Positions 1 to 13,130 of a stretch of 64,000 nt of DNA are shown here, piece by piece (positions within the stretch are counted from its first letter, which is position 1; the number at the start of each line of letters is the position of its first letter). Both the position numbers and the translations under genes were made by a program. Below the pieces are notes generated by a model. That model ran no database searches, had not been told where the DNA came from, and was given only the letters and a program-made list of their open reading frames with translations. Origin of the DNA: Malacoraja senta (Eukaryota); assembly GCA_038087875.1 (NCBI GenBank), contig JAXLNO010000213.1, positions 310,001 through 374,000 on the forward strand, read 5' to 3'.

Positions 1-96
1 AAGTGATTGAAATAGTTTGTGGCCAGGGTGAGGGGGGTCAGAGATGATCTTGCTCGCTCGGTTCCTGGCCCTTGCAGTGTACAGTTCATCAATGGA
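1..96 (-). mobile_element. Rex1/Babar-like LINE 3' fragment
   Basis: Reverse complement matches the SIDELYTAR...HPGHKLF segment of the longer copies at 22586-22990 and 27505-27700. Confidence 0.7.
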
Positions 97-424
97 CTTA
101 GATTACACAGATTTATGTGACGACGTGTGGATTGAAAGAAAACATCCTGAACTAAACAATGTCCGCGTCCTCGCACCGGAGTGTGGATGACACTGGATCC
201 AAGCCGTAGAGTGGCTGTGTATATTACACCGGGTCAGGGGTCTGTATCCTGGGATTACAGATGGTGTCACTGATTGCACATGGTTTTCAATCGCTGGACG
301 GGTTGTTAGGTTACACATGGCACTGGGCTCTGGTGTGTCAATGAAAATTTCAGGATCCTGCGATGTCGATAAAACAGAGCCCTGGGACGACGAGGTGTGG
401 ACGAGAATGAGACCCGGGCCGGAG

Positions 425-1030
425 ATTTGTGGATTACACAGGGGTTGTGTCCCGGGTCGGCGGGTGTGGATCACACAGAATCCTTAGACGAGCGGTGGGT
501 GTGGATAACAGAGTGTGCTGGACGGAGGATGTGGATTACACAGTGTCCTGGGCGGGGGATGTGGATTACACAGTGTCGTGGGCGGGCGGGGGGGATGTGG
601 AATACACAGTGTCCAGGGTGGGGGATGTGGATTACACAATGTCCAGGGCGGGGGAATGTGGATTACACAGTCCTGGGCGGGCGGGGTGTGTGGATTACAC
701 AGTGTCGTGGGCGGGCGGGGGGGGATGTGGAATACACAGTGTCCAGGGCGGGGGATGTGGATTACACAATGTCCAGGGCGGGGGATGTGGATTACACAGT
801 CCTGGGCGGGCGGGGGTGTGCATTACACAGTGTCGTGGGCGGAGGATGTGGATTACACAGTGTCGTGGGCGGAGGATGTGGATTACACAGTGTCGTGGGC
901 GGGGGATATGGAACACACAGTGTCCAGGGCGGGGGATGTGAATTATACAGTGTCGTGGGCGGGGGGAGGGGGAGGATGATGTGGAATACACAATGTCGTT
1001 GCCGGGCGGGGGTGTGTGGAATACACCGCA
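425..1030. repeat. G-rich ~30-bp minisatellite (gggcgggggatgtggattacacagtgtcca)n
   Basis: Visible tandem units of about 30-36 bp; they produce the spurious GRGMWITQCP-repeat ORFs. Confidence 0.9.
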
Positions 1031-3079
1031 GCACAGCAAAAGGCATTTCGGCCCGTAATATCTGGGCCGATCATGATGTTAAGTTAAATTAGTGTCATCG
1101 GCTTACACATGATATATATCCCTCAGGTATTTGCATATACACGTGCCTATAGGAATACCTCATAAATTCCATGATACTAACAGCCTCCACCACTAACATT
1201 AAAAGCGCATCTGCCACCCTCTGTGTGAAGAATCGTGCCCCGCACATTTCAATTGATCTTTGCTCTCTTAATTTAAACCCATGCCGTCTAGCCTTTGTAT
1301 TTTTTTTAATCAATATGCTAAACCTTTAACGCCCTCTCCAAATGCTTCACACCCTGCAGCGGAGAGCAGATCAGAACTCAGTGGGTCAGGCAGCATTTGT
1401 GGTGGGGATAGACAGGCGCTGTTTCCTGATAGTTCCTTCCCCCAGACTTCTTCATGGTCCCCATACAAAACGCCGTCTGTCCATTCCCTGCGCAGATACA
1501 GCCCGACCCGAGGATTTCCTCCATCAATTTGTGTTTTCCTCGCATTGTTTATTCCGCTTCAGATTAACGACGGCAACCGTAACGCAGTCAGATATGGTGA
1601 GATATGCAACCGTGCAAATGAAGCATAAGACGGAATAGGAGGGAAAGGTGGAGGACATATGATAATAGACACCAGATAATAGACAATAGGCACAGGAGTA
1701 GGCCATTCGGCCCTTCGAACCAGCACCGCGATTCTATGTCAGTATGTGCGCAGTAGAAATTTGGGCATTTGAGTGAGAATATTGGGAGATCAAACTGGGA
1801 TGAGATAAAATGTATGTTGAAATATCAGCATGGTTCCGTGGATCAAATAGCCTGCTTCTGTAATGTATGGACCCACGAACAAACAAGTGCACGCATTGCT
1901 CTGTGGGAATTTAATCCCGTTCATCAGCTCCTGTCTGAATTTACTCTGGGTCACCAGTAAATACACGTGTTTGTGCAGGAACTGAGCAGCTGCAGGAACA
2001 CAGACGTGGCTCTCGTGATATAGTAATAACCGGTGGGGGAGCCGTCATATCCGGTCTTCGCAATACTGGTAAAGATGATAAAGACAGCTTGTGTTGCCCA
2101 CAGCAATATGAAAATGCCTGTGATACTGAAGAGTAAAACAATGGATTTCCTGCGGTTCTCCATCTCCGGGTCTTTGTCATTCTCTCCGTGGTTTTTCCCC
2201 CGGAGCCCCTGCGGACTCTGCTGGCCGCTACAATCCGCATGACCGTCAGCACATTGAGCGGAAGGATCAGAAAGAAGGGGATACACGGGGTTAGAATGCG
2301 ATGTGTGACATCGTATGCGATCCATGCAGACGACGTATAGAAAGTGGCTTTGGTGTAGCAACGCCAGGGAAGATTATTAAACATGTAGCCAGGTTGAAAC
2401 GGCAAACACCGGGGGACGTTCTCTAAACAGCCCAGCACACTCACTGCCCCGATAATCACAGCCGCCGTTCTCTCAGTGCAATATCTTGTTTTCAGCTTCT
2501 CACAACAAATAGCCACAAACCGATCGAAGGTGAAGGCGACCGTCAGCAAGACAGAGACCGCGGTGATTGTAAAGACCAGGAATGAGATAGTCACGCACAC
2601 AGGAGTAGTGTTCAGAAAAGAAAACGGGAAGTGAATTATAATAGTCTGACGTAGAAACGGATCAGTGATGCCGACCAGAAGATCAGACACTGCCATGGCC
2701 ACCAGGTAGCTTGTGATGCATTTGGAGAGACCGCATTTACCTCGACAGAGAATCACAATCACCAGCAAGTTCACTGTGAGAGAGAGAAGAGATATTACTG
2801 ATACAAGACCCGCAAAATGTATCTGAGGGACATTTTCTGATTGGAAGGTTTTCAAACTTGGATGCGTTGAGCAAATGACCTTTAGCTCCGACATAGTTCA
2901 GAGACTGCAGCCTTTGGACACGGTGTCCACGCAACTCATCAAACACCAATGTATATTACGTTCACAGCTTTTAATTCTCCCCACATTCTTATCAACTGTC
3001 CCCCTGATTATAGCATCCATCCATCCATCTACACAAAGTCCCGTATCCAGTAGTTACAGAAACCACGAATAGGCAGTAG

Positions 3080-3225
3080 CTCAATTGCATGTGGTAGGAA
3101 CCAAGAGCGCAGCCATGAGTAGCGCGGCGTCGGACGACGAACGATGAAACATTGCACTTAGGAGGTTGAGATTGAACCTTTGTCTCCGGAACTGTGCGAC
3201 ACCGGCAGTACTGACTGTGGCACGG
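3080..3225 (-). mobile_element. Degenerate tRNA-derived HE1/V-SINE-like remnant in the GPCR intron (paralog at ~46870-47015)
   Basis: Resembles the reverse complement of the SINE head and body seen at 12997-13130. Confidence 0.45.
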
Positions 3226-3302
3226 TGGCAAGGATGCACAGATACATCTGCGGTAATACATTCGAATTTACAGATCGTCCAAAGAAGAGGATGTCAAGAT
3301 AC

Positions 3303-3680
3303 AATAGACAATAGACAATAGGTGCAGGAGTAGGCCATTCGCCATTCAATGAGATCATGGCTGATCATCCCCAATCAGAACCCCACTAGTCACTGCCTGC
3401 CATTCTGAAAGGGACCCGTTAATCCCTACTCTTTGTTTCCTGTCTGCCAACCAACTATCTATCCATGTCAGCATTCTACCTCCAATACCAAGTGCCCTAA
3501 TTTTGCCCACTAATCTCCTATGTGGGACCTTATCAAATGATTTCTGAAAGTCCAGGTACACTACATCCACTGGCCCTCCCTTGTCCATTTTCCTAATTAC
3601 ATTCCAGAAGGTTAGTCAAGCATGATTTCCCCTTCGTAAATCCATGCTGACGCGGACCGATCCTGTTACTGCTATCCAAA
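3303..3680 (-). mobile_element. CR1-type LINE fragment, internally deleted, in gene A intron
   Basis: Encodes VDVVYLDFQKSFDKVPHRRL joined directly to the CR1 3' tail with (ctattgt)n. Absent from paralog B. A possible short TSD ATACA flanks it. Confidence 0.8.
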
Positions 3681-4004
3681 TACATAACATTAACTGACAG
3701 AATATTACGTGACAACATTTGTTTACATCTGAATTAACGCATAGTAAAATCGTGACACTTTCATAGAGTCAGAAACCAGCTCGTGACATTCACCTGCTTT
3801 ATCTAATGAGCTGTAGAATTACAGGTCTAACACGGGATAACGCTTCCCGCAGCGACGACTGCAGAAAATATATAGATTATATACTCAGTTAAGCAGGGTT
3901 GTCCGATTTGGAACAGATGTCATTTCACTAACTGGTTTCAGACTATACATGGATGGAGTCCAAGGTCCAATTCTCTCAGCTCTTGGTCAACATATATCCA
4001 ATCT

Positions 4005-4545
4005 CAGGGTCCCCTAATTTGAGGAAGGACATTCTTGCTATTGAGGGAGTGCAGCGTAGGTTCACCAGGTTAATTCCCGGGATGGCGGGACTGTCATGCT
4101 GAGAGAATGGAGCGGCTGGACTTGTACACGCTGGAGTTAACAAGGATGAGAGGGGATCTTATTGAAACATATAAGAATATTAAGGGTTTGTACACGCTGG
4201 AGGCAGGAAACATGTTCCCGATGTTGGGGAAGTCCACAACCAAGGGCCACAGTTTAATAATAAGAAATAAGCCATTTGGAACGGAGACGAGGAAATATAT
4301 TTTCTCACAGAGAGTTGTGAATCTGTGGAATTCTCTGCCTCAGAAGGAGGTGGAGGCCGGTTCTCTGGATACTTTCAAGAGAGACCTAGATTGGACTCTT
4401 AAAGATAGCAGAGTGAGGGGATATGGGGAGAAGGCAGGAACGGGGTACTGATTGGGGATGATTAGCCATGATCACATTGAATGGCGGTGGTGGATCGAAG
4501 GGCCGAATGGCCGACTCCTGCAACTATTGTCTGTTGTCTATTGTG
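4005..4545 (+). mobile_element. CR1-type LINE 3' end
   Basis: Encodes RMRGDLIETYK...FSQRVVNLWNSLP, followed by the 3' UTR and (ctattgt)n tail. Confidence 0.85.
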
Positions 4546-5233
4546 ATTAACTGATACCTGCTCTCTGTTCAGGGCTCTGGCCAACACAATCAGTACAAAG
4601 AGTGATGCAGGCCAGAATAAACAACGGGCAAGACGTACACATTACGGCAGTTACAGTAGGAAAATGGATGTCTGGCCAAATTAAACAAGTGAATTATTGA
4701 AACAGAAAACAAAATTGCTTAACGTCGGCAGGCAACGCCGGTGTGGACGGATGTCTCCCAGCTAATGCAGGTAGATGAAAATCAATGACCAAAGAAATTA
4801 CCGGAAACCGCGACAGCCGGTATTGCAGGGTTATATATTTCTTCAATTCGATAAATCAATGTATATCCCATAGCTGGAAGACACAATTAACTCCTGTGTC
4901 AGTCCGTCAACGCTGCAGCTCTGTGGCGATGCGTTTTGGTGGGCACCAAGATATATAGAATGATAGTTCTCCAGCGACTTGACCTCATACCTGCTGATTG
5001 TCATTAGTGACACTCACGGAACAAACACCTTGCATCACAGCCGCTGAATCCACCACGGGAGATTACAAGCAAATAATTGAAGGATCGACTGAAAAAAACA
5101 CAAAACGAGTCGCTGAACTCTGAACCCTAAATAACGGTCTCGATGCGAAACGTCACCTGTACACGTTCTCAGATAACGTTGCACGGTCCCTTGAGTAACT
5201 CCAGCACTTTACTTCGATGAAAATAAGAATTAA

Positions 5234-7871
5234 CTAGATTAAGTGGGACCACGCAATATTCCACCTCTCCACCAATTCCAATATTGCTGGCTAGTGTGGT
5301 GGGTGTTGTGGACCGAAGGGGCTAACTTACAGAGCGCTAGTATGGACATTGTCGGCCGAATGGATTCTTGGGCTGGCAGCTCAATCTCTGAGGCCTGGCA
5401 ACTCAGTCACTCAGGCCCGGCAGGCTGGCAGCTCAGTAACTGAGGCCTGGCGGGCTGGCAGCTCAGAAACTGCCAGGAATTCTGCCCTAAACAGGTGACA
5501 TGTTTGAGAGGGAAGGGGTAGAGTGTGGAGAATCAATTTTAGACATTTTCATCTTTTTTTACAGATCTCAGCAATGAAGGTGGAAGATCACTGGAGCGCT
5601 AGTATGGGTGTTGTGGCCTGCTTGGATTCTTGGACACGCAGTTCAGTGAGTCATCACTGGTGGGCTGGCCGTTCACTAAGTCATGGCTGGTGGGCTGGCA
5701 CTTCGGTCACTTACAGCTGGTGGGCTGGCAGTTCATTTACTCATGGCTGGTGGGCTGGCATTCCAGTCACTCATGGCTGTGTGGTGGCAGTTCTCTCAGT
5801 CAAAAATCCTCCCTTCACCCCCACCCCCACTCTGCTTCTTGCCATTCCCCTCCCCCACACGCATTCAGTCCATCTCCACTCAACCTCCCCCCGATGAACT
5901 GTTAGTGGCACTCCGACAGCGTAGCCATACCTGCACGTTAGGTCCCTATTGTGACGAGGAACACACAGGCATGATAAGTGGAAAACGGATTTATTAAAGT
6001 TGAAAATGTGAATGACTCTTAAAATATAACAACAACTTAAATGTTAAAGATTAGATTTATTGTTCAATTCTATCTTGTTGTGTCTCTTGTTGTGTTCTGC
6101 TGTTCAATGCCTCTTGTTCTCTCTGTGCGGTTGATAAAAAAAGTGACAATTTTAATATAGGGAGATTGAGCATTCAAATTTTAACAAAGAAAATCTGAGT
6201 TCTGAGCTCATTCAGTGCAGGCCAGCAAAGTAAATTTAATAGCATGTTAAGCATAGTGCAGGCCAGCAAATCCAAACTCACAGCATTTCAAACGGAGTTC
6301 AGGCCAGCAAATCCAATCTCACAGCATTTCTAGCGGAATGCAGGCCAGCAAATCCAATGTCACAACATTTCAAGCGGAGTGCAGGCTAGCAAATCCAATC
6401 TCACAGCATTTCAAGCGGATTGCAGGAAAGCAATTCCAATCGCACAACACTTCAAGCGGAGTGCAGGCCAGCAAATCCAATCTCACAGCATTTCAAACGG
6501 AGTGCAGGCCAGCAAATCCAATCTCACAGCATTGCATGCGGAATGCAAGCCAGCAAATCGAATCTCACAACATTTCAAGCAGAGTGCAGGCCAGCAAATC
6601 CAATATCACAGCATTTCAAACGGACTGCAGACCAGCAAATCCAATCTCCCAGCATTTCAAACGGAGTGCAGGCGACAAATCCAATCTCACAGCATTTCAA
6701 GCGGAGTGCGGGCCAGCAAATCCCATCTCACAGCATTTCAAGCGGAGTGCAGCCAGCAAATCAAATCTCACAGCAATTCAAGCTGTGCAGGCCAGCAAAT
6801 CCAATCTCACAGCATTTTAGGCATGAGTGCAGGCAAACAAATACAATCCCACAGCATTTCAAGCAGAGTGCTGGCCAGGAAATCATATCTCACAGCATTT
6901 CAAGCAGGGTGCAGCCCAGGAAATCCAATCTCAAAGCATTTCAAGCAGAGTGCAGGTCAGCAAATCCAATCTCACATCATTTCAATGGCAGTGCAGACCA
7001 GCAAATCCAATCTCATACCATTTCAAGCAGAGTGCAGGCCAGCAAATAGAATCTCACAGCATTCCAATCAGAGTGCAGGCCAGCAAATCCAATCACAGCA
7101 TTTCAAGCAGTGCAGGCCAGCAAATCAAATCTCACAGCATTTCAAGCAGAGTGCAGGCCTGCAAATCCAATCTCACAGCATTTCACGCAGAATGCAGGCC
7201 AGCAAATCTAATCTCACATCATTTCAAGCGGAGTGCCGGCCAGAAAATACAATCTCACAGCATTTCAAGCAGAGTGCAGGCCAGCGAATTCAATCTCACA
7301 CCATTTCAAGCAGAGTCGGACTCTCAAAGCATTTTCCCTTCCATACACAGTCGGACCTAATGAAGCATTTATTCCTTCCAAACACAGTCGGACCTTACAA
7401 AGCATTGCAGTTTCAAGCACAGGCAGGGCAGCAGGCCGAACAACTCATGGCATTGTCATTTCATTTAATTTCCTAAAACTAATCATTTATTGCAAGTACA
7501 TTGCAGACACACAGTTCAGTTGATTCACAGCTTAGAATGACAGTTGTGGCCTCTCCCTCGCGATCTTCCAGAATGACTGACTCACGTCCAGGAATCCGGG
7601 GTTTTATAGTCCTGCCCAACTCCGCAAGGGGCATTACCTTCGTCTTGATGATTGACAGGCGAGAGGACCAATCAGCTGATATCAAGATTTTGTAAACGCT
7701 CATAACTTTTTTTATTTTGCATTTATGGGAAAAGTCCACGGGGCTGCCTCAGTGGAGGAGGAATGTGAGTAAGATAGCCAAAAATCACAGCGATACAGGG
7801 TAACGTTTTTTCCAAACTCAATATACAGCGCAGACAGGAAGTGGTCAAGATGAGACTTTTAATTATATAGA
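5234..7871 (-). mobile_element. Non-autonomous Helitron
   Basis: Minus strand starts TCTATATAATTAAAAG (7871) and ends CTAG (5234), between host A and T. Its 3' ~900 bp is homologous to the PIF1-bearing element at 62183. The 3' hairpin is partly deleted in this copy. Confidence 0.75.
6215..7315. repeat. 41-bp tandem satellite (gcaggccagcaaatccaatctcacagcatttcaagcggagt)n inside the Helitron
   Basis: Roughly 27 visible diverged units; explains the repetitive ORFs in all three + frames. Confidence 0.9.
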
Positions 7872-10195
7872 TGACGGTAGAGCTGCCATGGCTGGAATAT
7901 CTGCGGTTAATTCGGAAGGTGCAGAATCATTTCAGTTCAAAGAGGAAGAAAGATTACAGCGCGAGAATAAGACGAGCCCGGCAGACAAGGGAGGTCAGGA
8001 TTAGCATAAAAGCGAAAGAGAAGGCATATTACATTGTAAAGACTAGTGGGAAGCCAGAGGATTGGGATGTTTTTTAGAACAACAAAAGGTAACTAAAATG
8101 ACAATACGCAGAGAAAATATGAAGTACGAATGTAAGCTAGCAAATAATATGAAAGAGGATAGCAAGAGTTTCTACGCATATGTAAAGAGTAGAAAAAAGG
8201 CAAGAGTGGACGTTAGGCCGCTGGAGAATGAAGCAGGCGAAGTAAAAACGGGAAATCAAGAAGCGGCAGAGGAAATTAACAAACTTGTTTTGCATCAGTC
8301 TTCAGAGTGGAAAACACAATCCTAGAGAGTCAGTGGTAGAAATTAATGGAGTGGCGATTGCTAAGTGGAAGGTGCTAGGATAGTTGAAAGGGCTGAGAGA
8401 GGTGGTTCACCTGGACCGGATGGACTGCATCCCAGGGTTCTGAAGTAGGTGGCCTCAGAGATTGTGGCGGCATTAATTGTGATATTTCAAGAATCACTAG
8501 AGTTAGGCGTGGTTCCTGAAGATTTGAAAATTGCATATATCACCCTGCTGTACAAGAAGGAAGCCAAGCAGAAGAGCGAAACTATCGGCCAGTTAGACTG
8601 ACTTCGGTGGTTGGTAAGATTTTTGTGTCAATTATAAAGGAAGGGTTTACGCAGAACATGGAAGTTCACGATTAAACGGGCAGAAGTCAGAATGGTTTTG
8701 TGAAGGGGCGATGTTGCCTGACCAATCTACTGGTTCGTTGATGAATTTAATAGCAGGATAGACAGAGGGGATGCTGGAGATGTCGTTTATCTAGATCTTC
8801 AGAAGGCCTTCGATAAGGTGCCGCACGTCAGGCGTCTCTGGAAGATGAGACCCCATGTTATGAAAGGGAAGATACTAGCATGCATAGCGGGATGGCTAGA
8901 TGGCAGACGGCAAAGTGTTGCAATACAACGCGTTGTTTTCAGGTAGGCTGCCAGTGAATAGTGGAGTTCCGCAAGGATCGGTGCTGGGGAAGCTTCTCTT
9001 CACGTTGTGAATTAATGATTTGGATAAGGGGTTTGAAGGCTTTGTGGCCAAGTTTGCAGATGATACTAGGATAGGTGGAGGCATAGGTACTGGAGAGGAA
9101 GCAACAACTATGTAGAAGGACATGGACAGCTTTGCAGAGAAATGGCAGATGAAATTCGGTATAACAAAGTGCGAATTCATTAATTTCATTAATAAGAATA
9201 AAGGCGTAGATTATGTTCCAAATGGAGAGATAACCAAGACATTGGAGGTGGATTGGGAGTGCTGTTGCAGGACTCTCAAACACATAATTTGCAAGTCGAA
9301 TCGGTATAAAGAAGGCAAGCATTGAAATCAAGAGGACTGGAATACAAAAACAGAATTGCAAGGCGCTAGCCAGGCTGCATTTGGAGAACGTGAACAAATC
9401 TGGGCCCCATATCTGAGGAAGCATAGAAACATAGAAAGTAGGTGCAGGAGGAGGCCATTCGGCCCTTCGAGCCAGCACCGCCATTCATTGTGATCATGGC
9501 TGATCGTCCCATATCAATAACCCGTGCCTGCCTTCTCCCCATATCCCTTTACTCCACTAGCCCCTAGAGCTCTATCTAACTCTCTCTTAAATCCATCCAG
9601 TGACTTGGCCTCCACTGCCCTCTGTGGCACGGAATTCCACAAATTCACAATTCTCTGGGTGTAAATTCACAACTCTCAGGGTGAGCAAGGATGTGCTGGC
9701 TCTGGAGAGGTTCCAGATGAGGTTTACAAGAATTATTCCAGGAATGAGTGGGTTAGCATATGATGAGCGTTTGACAGCACTGGGACCCTACACGCTAGAG
9801 TTTAGAAGGTTGAGGGGACCCCTCATTGAAACTTACAGAATAATGAAAGAGGGAGTGGTTACGGAAAGTGTGTTTCCACTGGTGCTGTCTCGGACCAGAG
9901 GTCATGGCCTTAGAATTAAAAGGCGCTCTGTTAGAAAGGAAGTGGGAAGGAATTTCTTTAGTCTGAGAGTAGTTAATCTGTGGAACTTATTGCCTCAGAG
10001 GGCTGTGGAGGCCAAGTCAGTGGATATTTTTAAGGCAGAGATAAACAAGTTGTTGATTTGAATGGGTTTCAAAGGTTACGGGGATAAGGCAGAAAAATAG
10101 GATTAGGAGGCAGAGATCAGCCACGATTGAATGGCGGAGTAGGCACGATGGGCCGAATGTCCTAATTCTAATCCTATAACTTGTGAACTTGTAAA
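7872..10195 (+). mobile_element. Decayed CR1-type LINE ORF2, with an antisense CR1 tail inserted at ~9423-9680
   Basis: Broken frames contain KEDSKSFYAYVKS, YLDLQKAFDKVPH, GVPQGSVLG, KFADDT and FSLRVVNLWN. Confidence 0.85.
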
Positions 10196-11013
10196 CTTTA
10201 ACACAGATGACGGACTAGAATGAACCCACAATCAATCATTGTTGCGCACCACTGATCACTGGCCTTCTCGCTGAATATCAATCGTCCACAATTACAACTT
10301 ATATCCTCTCATCAAGCCAGTACGAACCATTACGTGGCTGGTCCAGTGTAGCTTCCGGTCAATAGCGCCTCTCATGGTATTGATCGTGGGGATGCAAAAA
10401 ACTGCGACAATCGGAATGTTGAGAACGATACAAAGTTCTGAATGAGTCAGCGGGTCAGGCAAGTTGTGTGGACGAAATAGGCAAACATGTTTCGGTGGAG
10501 TCAGGCGAAATGTCCGGACGCGAAACATCTCCTGTCCACTTCCTCCAGCGGGGCGGATGTTGGCTGGGCGCTGTTACCCGAGTACATTGTGTTTTATTTA
10601 CGATGGGCTCTCGAACTCGGATTTGATAATGCTATTGAATGCAGGAATCATATGGCTAGATTGTTATGTTAGTGATGATCTTTGGTGGGCATTTATTTCC
10701 GCAAATGCTTCTCCTCTGTCAGCCCATGACCGAATTTCTCGGAGATGGTGCTTTATGTAAGCATGAGTTGCTCATTTATTGACTTCAGACTTGGAATTCA
10801 AAGGTCGTGCAATCATTACTATTTGTGAGACTGGACGCACTGCAAACTGAATAGTTACAAGCTACAAAACAAGTAAAACATAGAGATATATTTGAACACA
10901 TCTGCAATTCCAAAGTCTCAGAAGATAGACACAAAAACCAGGAGTAACTCAACGGGACAGGCAGCATTTCTGGAAAGAAGCAATGGATAACGGTTGTGTT
11001 TCGGCTGTTTTAA

Positions 11014-11401
11014 ATAACTGGAACCTTACACCAAGATGAAGGTCCACAAACTTTATTTACTACATAGGAAATATGACTTCACACTTGCACGTCTCTCTAA
11101 TACTAAGGGAACCAGGCAGGAGCGGTTACTGCAAAGCTAGTGGGCGTAACTACAAAAGCATGACTCATAACATGAGTGACACTGATCTACATCCTCCCTC
11201 TTAAAGAATTAATAGCAGTACAACCCCATAAACTAAGTAAGGCATGCATAGCAGTCGGTGATAAACTGGAGGAAAGTCAAGCATAGTCCGGGTACTACAC
11301 AACCGGCCTACAAACACGACCAGCACGTGTACGATAGAGACCATCAACCGTTCTATTCACGACAAGAGCATGACTCATAACATGAGTGGCACTGATCTAC
11401 A
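11014..11401 (-). mobile_element. Gypsy-like LTR retrotransposon 3' remnant
   Basis: Minus strand shows a YRTRAGRVCRP integrase-tail-like peptide, then purine tract AAGAGGGAGGA immediately before TGTAGA (LTR start near 11191). The LTR start is duplicated at ~11364-11401. Confidence 0.55.
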
Positions 11402-11402
11402 A

Positions 11403-11562
11403 AAACATTTCGGGTCGAGTCCTTTCTCCAGATTCTAAAGGAGGTTCTCGACCCGAAACGTCACAATTCCTTCTCTCCAGAGATACAGCATGTGCCGATG
11501 AGTTACTCCAGCTTTTTGTGTCTATCTTCGGTTTAAACCAGCATCTGCAGTTCCTTCTTACA
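11403..11562. mobile_element. Penelope-derived palindromic repeat with a degenerate hammerhead-like core
   Basis: Inverted arms tttcgggtcgag...ctcgacccgaaa followed by the recurrent ccagcatctgcagttcctt motif. Confidence 0.55.
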
Positions 11563-12139
11563 GATTTCAATATCTCTGTTCCCTTCCACCATTTACAAAT
11601 CACTACTTGAAATTTCGTTTCAATTTAGGAGCTGCGATTTAGGAGTGTGTTGGGAAAACGTTTCACGAGCTCTGGTGGGAACCGCTAGTAAACTAAACAA
11701 CAAACCAAAGAGGGTATGGTTATGTTCATGAGTCCTGTATGAAGAAGGGGTTCGGCCCGAAACGTTGCTTATTTCCTTGGCTCCATAGAAGCTGCCTCAC
11801 CCGCTGAGATGCTCCAGCATTTTTGTTTACCTGTTATTTCAATTCCGTTCCGCTAGACGGCTCGCAATCTCGCATCAGCAAACTCACTCCAAATCCGCTT
11901 AATGAGAGACATTTGTTGCCTCCGCGTCACTGACTATCGGGATCCACCTACTCAGCGGGAATGTTCGAACGAAGGACTGGACGGATGAACCACGCAGTGT
12001 GTGACTGGAAAGATCTCAGGATTCATCCACTCACCGACTGTAGGATGGCGCCATCAGTGGTCGGGACGGGAATTACACAAGTCGCAGTAAAGCATCTCAG
12101 GCCCTGACAGACTCTTGCTACACGAAGTACCATGTCTGT

Positions 12140-12995
12140 ACGAGGATGTTACCAGGACTCGAGGGTGTGAGCTATAGAGAGGGGTTGGGCACGCTGGGAC
12201 TCTATTCCGTGCAGCGCAGATGGATGAGGGGTGATCTTCAGTAGGTGTATGAAATCATGAGAGGAGAAGATTGACTAATGCACAATGTATACAAAAATGC
12301 TGGAGAAACTCAGCGGGTGAGGCGGCATCTATGGAGCGAAGGAAATAAGCGACGTTTCGGGTCGAGGCCCTTCTTCCGACTCCGTAGAGTTGGAGGGAAG
12401 GGGGAATCACAGAGGCGGGGGGGCAGTGAGAGCGGAGGTCGTTAAACTGTCTTCGGAGAGAGGAGGAGAACATCTTCAAATTAGGCATACCTTGAGGAGA
12501 TTTCGCAGTGGAGCAGACGAAATGTTTAAGAAGGAACTGCAGATGCTGGGAAATCGAAGGTGGGCAAAATGCTGGAGAAACTCAGCGGGTGAGACTGCAC
12601 CTATGGATCGAAGGAAACAGGCGACGTTTCGGGTCGAGAACCTACTTCAGACTAGATCCACAAAGTCTCTTGCCCAGAGTAGGTTAATCGAGGTAGGTGA
12701 CGCTAGGTAGGTTAATCGAGTAGGTGATGCGAGGTGAAGGAGAAGATATTTAATAGGAATCTAGGAGTAACGTTTTCACAGAAAGGATGGTGGGTGTATG
12801 GAATAAGCTGCCGGATGAGGTAGTTAAGGCTGGGACTATCCCGACGTTTAAGAAACAGCTATAAAAGTGCACGGATAGGACGGGTTTGGGGGGATATGGA
12901 CCAAACGCCGGCAGGTGGGACGAGTACAGCTGAGACACTTTGCTCGGTTTGGGCAAGTTGGGCCGAAGTGCCTGTTTCCACGCTGTATCACTCCA
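12140..12995 (+). mobile_element. CR1/HER1-type LINE 3' end interrupted by a Penelope-derived insert (~12290-12652)
   Basis: CR1 C-terminal sequence on both sides; the insert carries two minus-strand hammerhead-like cores at ~12350-12380 and ~12623-12652. Confidence 0.65.
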
Positions 12996-12996
12996 T

Positions 12997-13130
12997 GTGC
13001 CGCTGCTGGTTGAGCCACTGCTCCAAATCGCCAGAGAGCCGAGTTCCATGCTGCAATCGTTTGCTGTCTGTGTGTAAGTATGTACATTCGCCCTGTGAAC
13101 GCGTGAGTTTCCTCCGAGTGGGCGAAGATC
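12997..13130 (+). mobile_element. HE1/V-SINE-like tRNA-derived SINE (second copy ~14414-14550)
   Basis: Degenerate tRNA-like head followed by gctgtctgtgtgtaagtatgtacattcgccctgtgaacgcgtgagtttcctccgagtg, resembling the V-domain. Confidence 0.55.

Larger units (their letters stand above)
1806..4871 (-). pseudogene. Gene A: GPR139/GPR142-like GPCR, close paralog of gene B, frameshifted
   Basis: Exon 1 (4871-4802) reads MGYTLIYRIEEIYNPAIPAVAVS+G with donor GTAATT. Exon 2 starts at 2773. The 7TM sequence is split across ORFs 1941..2894 and 1951..2361. Relative to B there are 1-bp deletions at ~2206-2209 (C4 vs C5) and ~1956. Confidence 0.8.
1030..5233 (+). repeat. Segmental duplication unit around gene A; direct paralog of ~44220-48710
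   Basis: Colinear matches: 1040-1660 with 44230-44810, 1733-3300 with 45528-47090, 3690-4000 with 47100-47970 (interrupted), 4520-5233 with 47990-48710. Confidence 0.85.

Noticed and set aside
397..1092. Cys/Gly-rich repetitive ORFs (also 26202-27126)
   Set aside because: Translations of a 30-bp minisatellite, open in several frames on both strands.
6215..7315. CRISPR-like regular repeat array
   Set aside because: Units are contiguous with no unique spacers, there are no cas genes, and the context is eukaryotic.
6338..7476. 365-aa Gln/Ser-rich ORF and overlapping ORFs
   Set aside because: Product of the 41-bp satellite inside a Helitron; the same peptide cycles through all frames.
12997..13070. 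tRNA gene
   Set aside because: Degenerate SINE head with no convincing cloverleaf.
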